Part shown: positions 36,705-46,221 of the stretch, in pieces
How the letters are laid out: each line of letters begins with the position of its first letter
Position numbering within the stretch: position 1 is the first letter of the stretch
NCBI GenBank assembly: GCA_964540475.1
Contig: CAZIMC010000001.1
Location: forward strand, 204,056 to 268,055
DNA: 64,000 bases
Source of the DNA: an uncultured Gammaproteobacteria bacterium
Lineage (GTDB): Bacteria; Patescibacteriota; Microgenomatia; UBA8517
Reading direction: 5' to 3'
Translations under genes and position numbers: made by a program
The notes under the pieces: generated by a model
Told to the model about the DNA's origin: nothing
The model's database searches: none
Seen by the model: only the letters and a program-made list of their open reading frames with translations

Positions 36705-37727
36705 ATGACAGCAGACAATGTTCCTAGCAAACGCCCCGATCTTGACATAGAGTTGACCCCCACAGGTATTCGAAATTTAATGGGTGAAATACAAAAGCGT
36801 GGTTTTCATCCATTAACCGAAGAAGGAGAGAATAAAGAAATTGCCAACTTACAAGCTCATGAATTTTTAAATTTTGTACAGGTGGTGCTTGATAGAATTG
36901 GAGTAAGACAACACGAGGTGGACAAAACTTTAGCCCTTGATTTGGGTGGGCAGGATCCAGACTGGGATAAAATTTTAAAAACAATATGGAACAAACGAGC
37001 GAAGGTTTGGGGTTGGGTCGAAACCCCAACCAACTATTTTGCCACCTTTAGCACTTTAGTGGAGCACTTTGAAACCGACAACAATCAACGTAAGAAAGAG
37101 AGAATAGCTAGCTTAGGCTCTGGCCCAGGATTGTACGAGGCATACCTTATGTATTTGCTCTCACGAGTAGGAGGCCATCAAAATGTAGAAATGTATTGTG
37201 TTGATTTTGCTCGCGAGATGACTGCAATCAATTCACGAATATTAAAATTGTATAAAGATGAAAGCGGCAAAATGATACAAAACACTAGAGCTTTAACTGG
37301 CGATATGACGAATTTAGATTTTCCTGATAATCATTTTAATCAAATTATATGCAATAACGCACTACAATGGACCCAAAACTGGAAAGACGCAGTTTCTGAA
37401 ATGGCACGTGTTCTTAATCCCCAAGGCCTTGGAGTTTTGTATATTTTTATTAATCGCCATCCTATGAGATTGATTAATCAGGAAACTAACGAAGTTATGT
37501 TGAGTATTGGGGGTATTGATCCAGCAGAGTTATTTGATGCACTGGAAGAAAAGAACTTCCAAATTGAGCGAACCAGGCAATATCGCACCGCAAAAGGTTT
37601 GGGCCAAATGGGTGGAACATCAGACAGAATGTTCATTAAAGCAAGACTGAGCAAAGACGGAACTGTTAATAGTTGGAGGCAAGCTAATATTGGATATTCG
37701 GTGTCAACCTGGGAATCTGGTAGGTGA
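36705..37727 (+). CDS. Class I SAM-dependent methyltransferase with an unrecognised ~135-aa N-domain, inserted between rpsG and fusA
   Basis: Motif I SLGSGPGLYEAYL, acidic motif II (CVDFA), motif IV-like NNALQW; 340 aa. Confidence 0.7.
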   Translation: MTADNVPSKRPDLDIELTPTGIRNLMGEIQKRGFHPLTEEGENKEIANLQAHEFLNFVQVVLDRIGVRQHEVDKTLALDLGGQDPDWDKILKTIWNKRAKVWGWVETPTNYFATFSTLVEHFETDNNQRKKERIASLGSGPGLYEAYLMYLLSRVGGHQNVEMYCVDFAREMTAINSRILKLYKDESGKMIQNTRALTGDMTNLDFPDNHFNQIICNNALQWTQNWKDAVSEMARVLNPQGLGVLYIFINRHPMRLINQETNEVMLSIGGIDPAELFDALEEKNFQIERTRQYRTAKGLGQMGGTSDRMFIKARLSKDGTVNSWRQANIGYSVSTWESGR

Positions 37728-37767
37728 GTTGTTGATTTAGATATTGAACACTGTTAAAATTGTTAAA

Positions 37768-37792
37768 GCTTCCGATAGGAAGCGATTTTTTT
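37768..37792 (+). terminator. Intrinsic terminator after the methyltransferase gene (GCTTCC-GATA-GGAAGC plus T7)
   Basis: Perfect 6-bp GC-rich stem, 4-nt loop, then GATTTTTTT. Confidence 0.6.
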
Positions 37793-37872
37793 GACAGGCT
37801 AGTCCATAGCGCACAGAGCATAGGTCAGTTTTCTATGCACTATGAGCTGTGTACTAATTATTAAGCAAACTC

Positions 37873-40041
37873 ATGGCAGAAGCAGCAAAAAAGAAAAGCT
37901 CAATGGTTTTAACGGTCACAAAAGACCGAACTGTTCCATTGGAGAAACTCCGAAATATCGGCATTATCGCCCATATCGATGCAGGTAAAACTACTACAAC
38001 TGAAAGAATACTTTACGAAACAGGGAAAACTTACAAACTTGGTTCAGTTGATGAAGGCACAACTGTTACTGACTGGATGGAGCAGGAGAGGGAGCGCGGA
38101 ATTACAATCGTTTCGGCGGCAATTACAACATTTTGGGATATCAAAGAAACAACTTCAGTCGAGGCGGGCCACTACCGGGTTAATATTATTGATACCCCAG
38201 GACACATCGATTTTACCGCAGAAGTTGAACGATCATTAAGGGTTTTAGACGGGGCAGTAATGGTTTTTGACGGAAGAACGGGAGTTGAGAGTCAGTCGGA
38301 AACTGTCTGGAGACAAGCAGATAAATACAATGTGCCAAGGATTTGTGTTTTGAACAAATTAAATTTGATAGGCGCTGATTTTGAAGGAAGCCTTAAGTCG
38401 ATTCGAGAAAGGTTGGGAGCAAATGCGGCTCCAGTTATTTATCCAATAGGACAAGAACACGCACACCGAGGAGTAATCGATTTAATCAAAATGAAAGCGT
38501 TTACCTTCGAAAATGTAAACGACAATGCGCTTAAAGAAGAAGAAATTCCAGCAGACTTTCTTGACACAGCACAAAAATACAGAGCCGATTTAATTGAAAA
38601 GATTGCAGAATATGACGATGAGGCCTTGAATAAGTATCTGGAGGGGCAAGAGCTAACCGAAGTTGATATCAAAAGAGCCATAAGAAAAGGTGTAGTTGCC
38701 GGCCGCTTTTTCCCGATATTCGGAGGAGATAATAGAACCGCCGAAACTCAACTTTTGTTAAATGGAGTGGTTGAATACCTGCCTTCTCCCTTGGATCTTC
38801 CTGCAGTCGAAGGAACTAATCCACAAACTGGCGAAAAGGAAAAGAGAGAGCGCAAGAACGAAGAAAGCTTTTCTGCTTTAGCCTTTAAAGTTATTACAGA
38901 TCCGCACGTAGGACGTTTGGTTTATTTAAGAATCTATTCAGGAACGCTTAAGACTGGGCAAACTATCTACAATACCACCAAAAAGACCCAGGAAAGAATT
39001 GGGAAATTAGTGCTTTTGCATGCTGACCAGAGAGAACTTATCGAAGAGGCTTTTTCGGGAGAAATTGTTGCCGCGGTTGGAATTAAAGATACTACAACCG
39101 GTGATACGGTTTGTGATCCAAACAAGCAGATTTTACTTGAATCCATAAGTTTTCCTGAGCCAGTTATATCTCTTGCTATTGAGCCGGCTACAAAGACAGA
39201 CCAGGAAAAGATGGGTACTGCTTTGCAAAAGCTATCAGACGAAGACCCGACATTTACAATTAAAAGTAATCCTGAAACAGGGCAAACTATTATTTCCGGA
39301 ATGGGTGAGTTGCAACTTGAAGTTCTTGTAGACCGCATGAAGAGGGAATTTAATGTTGTAGCTACAACCGGTGCGCCCCAAGTTGCATACAAAGAAACAA
39401 TTAAAAGAACTGGTCAAGGAGAAGGAAAGTATATTCGCCAAACTGGTGGTCGGGGACAATATGGACACTGTTTGCTTCGCATAGAACCAAAAGGACGCGG
39501 CGAAGGGTTCGAATTTAAGAGCGAGATTAAGGGAGGAGCAATTCCACAAGAATTTATTGCACCAATTGAAAAAGGTGTTAAGGAAAAATTGGATAACGGA
39601 ATATTGGCAGGCTTCCCGTTAGTTGACGTATTTGTTGCAGTGTATGACGGGTCATTCCACGATGTAGATTCCTCTGAAATGGCCTTTAAGATTGCCGGAT
39701 CCATGGCTGTTGAAGATGCTGCTAAAAGGGCCGAAATGGTTCTTCTTGAGCCTATAATGAAGGTTGAGGTTTTTACTCCGGCTGAGTTTATGGGGGACGT
39801 TATGGGAGACCTTTCAAGTAAACGCGCCCAAATTAGCGGAACAGAAGAAAAAGCAGGCGAAACTGTAATTTACGCAACAGCTCCTTTGGCCGAGCTTTCA
39901 GGATATGCAACCAAGTTAAGGTCCTTAACCCAGGGAAGGGCACGAGCATATGTTGAGCCAAGTCATTACGAGGAGGTTCCAAGCCATATTGCTGCTCAAA
40001 TTGTCGCAAAGAGCGGCAAAGCCCCTATTAGTGCGAGTTGA
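37873..40041 (+). CDS. fusA: Elongation factor G
   Basis: G domain AHIDAGKTTTTE, DTPGH, NKLN; 722 aa, full-length. Confidence 0.97.
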   Translation: MAEAAKKKSSMVLTVTKDRTVPLEKLRNIGIIAHIDAGKTTTTERILYETGKTYKLGSVDEGTTVTDWMEQERERGITIVSAAITTFWDIKETTSVEAGHYRVNIIDTPGHIDFTAEVERSLRVLDGAVMVFDGRTGVESQSETVWRQADKYNVPRICVLNKLNLIGADFEGSLKSIRERLGANAAPVIYPIGQEHAHRGVIDLIKMKAFTFENVNDNALKEEEIPADFLDTAQKYRADLIEKIAEYDDEALNKYLEGQELTEVDIKRAIRKGVVAGRFFPIFGGDNRTAETQLLLNGVVEYLPSPLDLPAVEGTNPQTGEKEKRERKNEESFSALAFKVITDPHVGRLVYLRIYSGTLKTGQTIYNTTKKTQERIGKLVLLHADQRELIEEAFSGEIVAAVGIKDTTTGDTVCDPNKQILLESISFPEPVISLAIEPATKTDQEKMGTALQKLSDEDPTFTIKSNPETGQTIISGMGELQLEVLVDRMKREFNVVATTGAPQVAYKETIKRTGQGEGKYIRQTGGRGQYGHCLLRIEPKGRGEGFEFKSEIKGGAIPQEFIAPIEKGVKEKLDNGILAGFPLVDVFVAVYDGSFHDVDSSEMAFKIAGSMAVEDAAKRAEMVLLEPIMKVEVFTPAEFMGDVMGDLSSKRAQISGTEEKAGETVIYATAPLAELSGYATKLRSLTQGRARAYVEPSHYEEVPSHIAAQIVAKSGKAPISAS

Positions 40042-40132
40042 AATTAGGTATTGACATAGCAATTCGGGCTTTAATATAATACGGACACTGAGGGCAATTT
40101 AAGCCCTCGTTTTATTGTAAAAGCTTACGGCT

Positions 40133-40160
40133 TTTGCAAACTGAAAAAATAAAGTATAAT
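40133..40160 (+). promoter_or_regulatory. Internal promoter for tuf: TTGCAA-16-TATAAT, with the -10 box 6 nt upstream of the ATG
   Basis: TATAAT at 40155-40160; ATG at 40167. Confidence 0.35.
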
Positions 40161-40166
40161 AACAAT

Positions 40167-41360
40167 ATGGCAGCAGATACAAAACAAAAATTTGACAGAA
40201 GCAAACCGCACGTAAATGTTGGAACTATTGGTCACGTTGACCATGGTAAGACCACATTAACCTCAGCAATCACAATGGTTTTGGCAAAGCAGGGTTTGGC
40301 CCAGGCCAGAAAATATGAAGACATTGATTCGGCTCCCGAAGAAAAAGAAAGAGGAGTCACAATCAATATTTCTCACCAAGAATACGAAACCGAAAAAAGG
40401 CATTATGCCCACATCGATGCCCCGGGACATGCTGACTACATTAAAAACATGATTACGGGTGCCGCACAAATGGATGGGGCAATTTTAGTTGTCTCAGCGG
40501 CTGATGGACCAATGCCTCAAACTCGTGAGCACGTCATTTTAGCAAGGCAAGTTAATGTTCCAGCTTTAGTTGTCTTTTTGAATAAAGTTGACACAGTTGA
40601 TGATCCCGAAATTGTTGATTTGGTTGAGGCAGATATTCGTGATCTTCTTAAGAAATACGAATACCCGGGAGATGAGGTTCCAGTTATAAGGGGAAGCGCC
40701 CTCAAAGCAACAGAAGGGGACGCCGAAGCTGAAAAGCAAATTTTAGAGCTTATGAAGGCAGTTGATGAATATATCCCAGACCCACAACGCGAAGTTGATA
40801 AACCCTTCTTGATGCCGGTTGAGGATGTATTTACAATTCAGGGACGCGGAACAGTTGTAACCGGTCGGGTTGAGCGCGGTAAATTGGCCTTAAACGAGGA
40901 AATTGAGATCGTTGGACTCAGGGACACTAAAAAGACGGTTGTTACCGGAATCGAAATGTTCCACAAGATGCTTGACGAAGCTCAAGCTGGGGACAACACA
41001 GGACTGCTTCTAAGAGGAGTTGAAAAAACAGAAATTGAGCGCGGACAAGTTCTTGCAAAGACTGGCTCAGTGACACCACACACAGAATTTGAGGCAGAAG
41101 TATATATTTTGAGCAAGGACGAAGGTGGACGTCATACACCATTCTTTACGGGATACAAGCCACAATTTTTCATCCGCACAGCAGATGTAACCGGTGAGGT
41201 GACACTTCCGGAAGGAATTGAGATGGTTATGCCTGGAGATAACGCAAAGATGAAGGTTAAACTCATGAAACCGGTCGCCATGGAAGAAGGGCTTAGATTT
41301 GCAATCAGAGAAGGTGGATCAACAGTTGGGGCAGGAGTTATCACAAAGATATTAGCCTGA
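40167..41360 (+). CDS. tuf: Elongation factor Tu
   Basis: [31 protein letters not shown]; the track ORF at 40134 begins on a TTG; the ATG at 40167 matches the canonical EF-Tu N-terminus. Confidence 0.96.
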   Translation: MAADTKQKFDRSKPHVNVGTIGHVDHGKTTLTSAITMVLAKQGLAQARKYEDIDSAPEEKERGVTINISHQEYETEKRHYAHIDAPGHADYIKNMITGAAQMDGAILVVSAADGPMPQTREHVILARQVNVPALVVFLNKVDTVDDPEIVDLVEADIRDLLKKYEYPGDEVPVIRGSALKATEGDAEAEKQILELMKAVDEYIPDPQREVDKPFLMPVEDVFTIQGRGTVVTGRVERGKLALNEEIEIVGLRDTKKTVVTGIEMFHKMLDEAQAGDNTGLLLRGVEKTEIERGQVLAKTGSVTPHTEFEAEVYILSKDEGGRHTPFFTGYKPQFFIRTADVTGEVTLPEGIEMVMPGDNAKMKVKLMKPVAMEEGLRFAIREGGSTVGAGVITKILA

Positions 41361-41386
41361 TCCAGAAGTAATTTTGCACATTTAAT

Positions 41387-41695
41387 ATGCCAGTAGGTAG
41401 ACTTAGAGTCAAGCTCAAAAGCTATGACCACCGTCTTATAGACGAAGTGGCAGGCAAGATATTAGATACAGCTCTGGCAACTGGTGCAAAAGTAAAAGGC
41501 CCCATTCCTCTTCCTACTCAAAGAAGTATAATCTCTGTTAAGGAATCTCCGTTCAAGCATAAAGATGCGCAAGAACATTTTGAAATTTTAGTCCATAAAA
41601 GACTAATCGATCTTTTAGACCCTTCTGAGCGTACAATTGATTCTCTAAGCAACCTCGACCTCCCCGCAGGAGTAAGTATTGAAATAAAAATGTAA
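41387..41695 (+). CDS. rpsJ: 30S ribosomal protein S10
   Basis: 102 aa; RLRVKLKSYDHRLIDEV... Confidence 0.95.
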   Translation: MPVGRLRVKLKSYDHRLIDEVAGKILDTALATGAKVKGPIPLPTQRSIISVKESPFKHKDAQEHFEILVHKRLIDLLDPSERTIDSLSNLDLPAGVSIEIKM

Positions 41696-41725
41696 TCTTT
41701 GGTCATATGACTTATTATAAGTAAT

Positions 41726-42799
41726 ATGTCAGAAGATGGCGCATCAAAGTATATTCAGGTAACTCATTCGGATCTTGAGCCAGATATAAAAATAACAGAA
41801 GCCGAACTTGCGCCTGATATACAAATAATGAATGACGAGCTTGCTAATTCCCCAGAAATTAGAATAACACGCAAGGATCTCGCAAGAAATCCACTCGAGT
41901 GGCTTCAAGCAACCTATCGCGACACAAGAGAAAGACTTACAGATAATTTGAATTGGTGGGGGAATATGGCCAAACAAAAGCTAGATGCTTACAAAAGAGT
42001 AGATCGCGAACGCAGAGACGTAGAAGGCATTGTAGTTACTATACTTAATACCCGTGGGGAAAAGGAACCGCAATCATGGGAAACATTAACAGAAAGAGAT
42101 TTGGGTGATGCAGAAAGCGAAGCAATCGGCTTAACTAAAGAAGAGCTGCTAAGTGAACTTACGCTCACATTGGAAGAGTTGGACAGGGGTGTTCGGCCCG
42201 ATCGTACTGCAATTCAACAGTATATTCGAGAACTTTCACAACTACACGAAAGACAAGCTGCAGAAGCAAATAGAATCTATGGTAGCAGAGAATTTTCCAC
42301 ACCCATCAGAATGGAGAACCACCGGAGTCAACAGTATTTGTTTCGGGCGAAAGACGGTAGATCCATATCTACCTGTGTAATTGCCTCAACCCTAAATGGT
42401 TTAACTGCGCTTGGTATTGCCCAATCCCAAGAAACCGAAGACACAGTAATTGACGCCATTGGAGGAGTTCGGGAATTTGACGAGAGGGGTTATCTTGAAA
42501 TGGGCAAGGTGGAAGGTTATTTAAGAGAAAGAGGTACACGCTTATCAAGATCAGGTAATATACTGGAGTTGTTGCAGAGTCTGGAGAATGGAGGAGTTGC
42601 AATTATCGCATATGGAGGTCACGCAAGATTAATTTCCGGAGCTGAGTCGCAAAATGGTCAGGTTATGTTACGTGAACACGATCCACTGAATACGAATGTA
42701 CGATTAGTGCCAGTTTCAGAGATGGTCACGAGGGTTAACAGTACTGAGATGTATCTTAATTTGTTACTTATCGAGAGAAATCCTTCATCTGTTCGTTAG
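41726..42799 (+). CDS. Hypothetical protein inserted between rpsJ and rplC: N-terminal 9-11-aa tandem repeats and a C-terminal putative Cys/His/Asp (papain-like?) domain
   Basis: Repeats DLEPDIKIT / ELAPDIQIM / ELANSPEIRIT. C-terminal candidate catalytic residues STCVIAST ... AYGGHARLISG ... REHDP; 357 aa. Confidence 0.5.
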   Translation: MSEDGASKYIQVTHSDLEPDIKITEAELAPDIQIMNDELANSPEIRITRKDLARNPLEWLQATYRDTRERLTDNLNWWGNMAKQKLDAYKRVDRERRDVEGIVVTILNTRGEKEPQSWETLTERDLGDAESEAIGLTKEELLSELTLTLEELDRGVRPDRTAIQQYIRELSQLHERQAAEANRIYGSREFSTPIRMENHRSQQYLFRAKDGRSISTCVIASTLNGLTALGIAQSQETEDTVIDAIGGVREFDERGYLEMGKVEGYLRERGTRLSRSGNILELLQSLENGGVAIIAYGGHARLISGAESQNGQVMLREHDPLNTNVRLVPVSEMVTRVNSTEMYLNLLLIERNPSSVR

Positions 42800-42835
42800 A
42801 TTCTGCCTTGTTCTATTGCGTAAGTTAGGTTCATT

Positions 42836-42844
42836 TGATATAAT
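42836..42844 (+). promoter_or_regulatory. Extended -10 element TGATATAAT in the leader upstream of rplC
   Basis: TGnTATAAT read directly. Confidence 0.3.
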
Positions 42845-42907
42845 TTCTGCTACATGAGAGTGGTTTTAAACCTTGACCACTAGTTACGTGCTAGATGTGC
42901 TTAAGTA

Positions 42908-42932
42908 AAGCGCCTCTGGGCGCTTTTTTGTT
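42908..42932 (+). terminator. Intrinsic terminator/attenuator hairpin 18 nt upstream of the rplC start
   Basis: AAGCGCC-TCTG-GGCGCTT perfect 7-bp stem, then TTTTTTGTT. Confidence 0.55.
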
Positions 42933-42949
42933 GGATTTCAAAGCTAAAA

Positions 42950-43744
42950 ATGTTAAACGCAATGATCGGATCAAAAGTCGGAATGAATCAGTCCTTTATT
43001 GAAGGGAGAAGGATTCCAGTGACCAAAATTGTTGTTGGTCCCTGTGTGGTTACACAAGTCAAAAAACAGGAAAAGGATGGTTATTGGGCAATACAACTAG
43101 GATTTGGAAGCAGAAAAGCCAAGCATACTTCCAAAGCTCTTCAAGGACACTTCAAGGAAATTCAAAGTTCAAAAATCAAAAATCAAAATGAAAAGACTAA
43201 GACTACAAATTACCCCCGACACTTAAGAGAAATTAGACTAGAAAAAGAGCCCGACTTTAAAGTTGGAGACGTGATAAACGTCTCCGATGTTTTTAAGAGA
43301 GGGGATATTATTGCCGTTACCGGAGTTTCAAAAGGCAAGGGTTTTGCAGGAGGAGTTAAAAGATGGGGTTTTGCAGGTGGCTCAAGGACTCATGGCCAGA
43401 GCGACCGTGAACGTGCACCTGGTTCAATTGGTCAAGGAACAACTCCCGGAAGAGTATTAAAAGGCAAGAAGATGGCCGGCAAAATGGGAGATGAGCAGGT
43501 AACTGTTAAAAATCTTCAGATTGTAGCTGTCAATCATGACGTTAACGAAATTGAAATAAGCGGACCAGTACCCGGAAGACCGGAAGGACTGTTAATTATT
43601 CGTAAAATCGCTGAAGGTAAATTAGAGGGTATTCAGGAAGTTCAAGCACAAGTGGTTGAGGGTGAAGGTGGAGAAGAAGCGGGCGAAGGAGCAGAAAGCT
43701 CGGAGAAACCACAAGAAGTAAAGGAGGAACAGGCTAATGGCTAA
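42950..43744 (+). CDS. rplC: 50S ribosomal protein L3 with an internal insertion and an acidic C-terminal tail
   Basis: FAGGVKRWGFAGGSRTHGQSDRERAPGSIG core. Confidence 0.95.
   Translation: MLNAMIGSKVGMNQSFIEGRRIPVTKIVVGPCVVTQVKKQEKDGYWAIQLGFGSRKAKHTSKALQGHFKEIQSSKIKNQNEKTKTTNYPRHLREIRLEKEPDFKVGDVINVSDVFKRGDIIAVTGVSKGKGFAGGVKRWGFAGGSRTHGQSDRERAPGSIGQGTTPGRVLKGKKMAGKMGDEQVTVKNLQIVAVNHDVNEIEISGPVPGRPEGLLIIRKIAEGKLEGIQEVQAQVVEGEGGEEAGEGAESSEKPQEVKEEQANG
43169..43189 (+). repeat. Three tandem heptamers TCAAAAA/TCAAAAT within the rplC insertion
   Basis: Read directly. Confidence 0.8.
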
Positions 43745-44450
43745 AGCGGATCTTTATACAATGAAGGGAAATAAAACAAAGGTTATTAACTTGCCTTCGG
43801 ATTTTGGCCAAGAGATCAATATGTCTCTTGTGGCACAAGCAATGAGGGTTTATGAAGATCGCAGCCACGTTGGTTTTGCGAAGACAAAAACACGAGGGGA
43901 AGTTATTCGAACTAAAAAGAAAATTTACAGACAGAAGGGAACCGGTGGTGCAAGACACGGTGCGCGTTCTGCTCCAATCTATGTAGGCGGGGGAATCGCA
44001 CACGGGCCCAGACCAGTTAAAAGGGTTTTAAGCTTGCCTGCTAAATTAAAAAGAAAGGCACTTAATATGGCACTTAGCTCCAAGGCAGCCGATGGTGGAC
44101 TGATTGTTGTGGAAGGATTGTCTAAAGTAAAGAAGACTAAAGAAGTTTCAGAATTTCTTAAAAAAGCCAGCAAAGATATGAATTTCAAAAGATTTACATT
44201 TGTTTTAGCCGATGACAAAAAGGATACTGCCGGTTTCACCAGAAATCTTAAAAATACCAATACATATTTCAAGAAAGATCTTAATGCTTACAATATATAT
44301 CTTGGGGGTTTGGTAATTCTGGATGCTGATTTGGTTGGTAACATTAAAACCGAGAACACTACCAGTAAAACTAAAATGAAAACTAGTGCCAAACTAAAGG
44401 ATAAATCAGGTAAAAAAGTTACAAATGCAACAAGGAGGACAACTAAATGA
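43737..44450 (+). CDS. rplD: 50S ribosomal protein L4
   Basis: GTGGARHGARSAPIYVGGGIAHGP. Confidence 0.95.
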   Translation: MAKADLYTMKGNKTKVINLPSDFGQEINMSLVAQAMRVYEDRSHVGFAKTKTRGEVIRTKKKIYRQKGTGGARHGARSAPIYVGGGIAHGPRPVKRVLSLPAKLKRKALNMALSSKAADGGLIVVEGLSKVKKTKEVSEFLKKASKDMNFKRFTFVLADDKKDTAGFTRNLKNTNTYFKKDLNAYNIYLGGLVILDADLVGNIKTENTTSKTKMKTSAKLKDKSGKKVTNATRRTTK

Positions 44451-44725
44451 GAATTACACCTCTTATGACTGAAAAAAGTATGACAGAAGCCAAAGATGGA
44501 AGATACAGTTTCTGGGTGCCAACAAGTTTAACGAAAAATCAAATAAAAACTCAAATCGGTGAGATTTTTGGGGTAAGTGTGGTTTCGGTTAGAACAATAA
44601 ACTACAAGAGACTAACCAAAAGAAACATTCGTGGTAAAAAACAAGTAGTCAAGGCTAGAAAAAAAGCTGTAGTTACTCTTTCAGGTAAAGATAAAATTGA
44701 TTTATTTGAGGAGAAAACTAAATGA
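44447..44725 (+). CDS. rplW: 50S ribosomal protein L23
   Basis: Length (92 aa), position and sequence. Confidence 0.93.
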   Translation: MRITPLMTEKSMTEAKDGRYSFWVPTSLTKNQIKTQIGEIFGVSVVSVRTINYKRLTKRNIRGKKQVVKARKKAVVTLSGKDKIDLFEEKTK

Positions 44726-45468
44726 AACTTAAAAATTTATTACCTAAAAAAAGCGGCAGATCTAATGGTAAACTAACCGTTAGACACCAAGGTGGCAGGC
44801 ACAAAAGATTTTTGAGAGAAATTGACTTTAAGCGCGACAAAAGAGATATCGCCGGCCGTGTTGAGGGAATTGAATACGATCCTAACAGGAATGTTGATAT
44901 TGCGCGTATTGTTTACTTAGACGGGGAAAGACGTTATATTTTAGCACCTGTTGGTGTTCTTGTGGGACAAAAGATATACGCAGGAGCAGCTGCACCAGTT
45001 GAAGCGGGAAATGCTTTGCCCTTGAGTGCTATTCCTGTAGGAACACCCGTCCACAATCTGGAGATTCGCCCTGGAAAAGGCGGACAAATTGTTAAAAGCG
45101 CAGGCAGTGTAGCATATGTGCATGGAAAAGAAGAAGAGTTTGTACTTTTAAGACTGCCCTCCGGTGAGATTAGAAGGTTTAAGCCGGAAAGTTATGCAAG
45201 CATCGGACAATTGGGTAATGTTGAGCAGAAAGCCAGAAGGTTTAAAAAAGCAGGAACCAAAAGGCACATGGGTATCAGGCCAACTGTAAGGGGAGTAGCA
45301 ATGCACCCTAATGCACATCCACATGGTGGAGGAGAGGGCAGAAGCGGTGTGGGCATGAAGGCGCCCAAGACAGTTTATGGTAAGTCTGCTGCTGGCAAAA
45401 CCAGGAAAAAAAGAAAGTATTCCGATAAGTTGATAGTGCAAGGCAGAAAAAAAGGAGCACACGCATAA
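44722..45468 (+). CDS. rplB: 50S ribosomal protein L2
   Basis: GVAMHPNAHPHGGGEGRS motif. Confidence 0.95.
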   Translation: MKLKNLLPKKSGRSNGKLTVRHQGGRHKRFLREIDFKRDKRDIAGRVEGIEYDPNRNVDIARIVYLDGERRYILAPVGVLVGQKIYAGAAAPVEAGNALPLSAIPVGTPVHNLEIRPGKGGQIVKSAGSVAYVHGKEEEFVLLRLPSGEIRRFKPESYASIGQLGNVEQKARRFKKAGTKRHMGIRPTVRGVAMHPNAHPHGGGEGRSGVGMKAPKTVYGKSAAGKTRKKRKYSDKLIVQGRKKGAHA

Positions 45469-45750
45469 ATGGCAAGATCAAGTAAAAAAGGACCATATGT
45501 TGACACAAACCTGTTGAAAAAGGTAGGGAACGGTATGGGTAGCAAGGAAAAGTCCATAAAAACGTGGGCTCGTGCTTCTCAAATTCCGCCTGAATTTGTG
45601 GGAAAGTATTTTCAAGTGCACAATGGTCGAATTTTTGTTGAGGTTTTTGTTACAGAAGATATGGTGGGGCATAGACTCGGGGAATTTGCACCGACGCGAA
45701 CATTCCGGGGACATGGAGAAATTGTAAAACGCACAATGGACAAAACATAA
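45469..45750 (+). CDS. rpsS: 30S ribosomal protein S19
   Basis: [12 protein letters not shown]...[17 protein letters not shown]. Confidence 0.95.
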   Translation: MARSSKKGPYVDTNLLKKVGNGMGSKEKSIKTWARASQIPPEFVGKYFQVHNGRIFVEVFVTEDMVGHRLGEFAPTRTFRGHGEIVKRTMDKT

Positions 45751-45754
45751 TACT

Positions 45755-46210
45755 ATGGAATTTATATCTGAACAAAAGTTCTTATTGTTATCACCTAGAA
45801 AAGTGAGACCTGTTGTTGATGTTATAAGAAAAATGAGCCCAACTTATGCATTGGCTGTGTTGCCGCAGGTTAATAAGAAAGCTGCAGATTCAATTTCGAA
45901 GGTGATAAAGTCTGCCATTGCGAATGCAAAGGTCAAAGGTGTAAGCGAAAGTGATTTATCTTTTAAGGAAATTCAAATAAATGAAGGACCGAGACTTAAG
46001 AGAGGTAGGCCGGTTTCAAGAGGAATGTGGCACCCTGTTAAAAAAAGAATGAGCCATATTCGAATTGTGTTGCAAACAGTGGATAGACCACAGGCTACTG
46101 CCAAGATGGTTTCCAAAGATCCGGCAAAAAGCGACAAGAAGAAGGTTAATAATGATAAGACAGTTGAGTTAAAGAAGACCAAAACTAAGAAAGGAGCTAA
46201 GCAGGTTTAG
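45755..46210 (+). CDS. rplV: 50S ribosomal protein L22 with a Lys-rich tail
   Basis: Position and sequence. Confidence 0.93.
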   Translation: MEFISEQKFLLLSPRKVRPVVDVIRKMSPTYALAVLPQVNKKAADSISKVIKSAIANAKVKGVSESDLSFKEIQINEGPRLKRGRPVSRGMWHPVKKRMSHIRIVLQTVDRPQATAKMVSKDPAKSDKKKVNNDKTVELKKTKTKKGAKQV

Positions 46211-46221
46211 AATTTAGCAAT

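Noticed and set aside
40134-40166. N-terminal extension [11 protein letters not shown] of EF-Tu in the ORF track
   Set aside because: The codon at 40134 is TTG. The ATG at 40167 gives the canonical EF-Tu N-terminus and sits 6 nt downstream of a TATAAT box.
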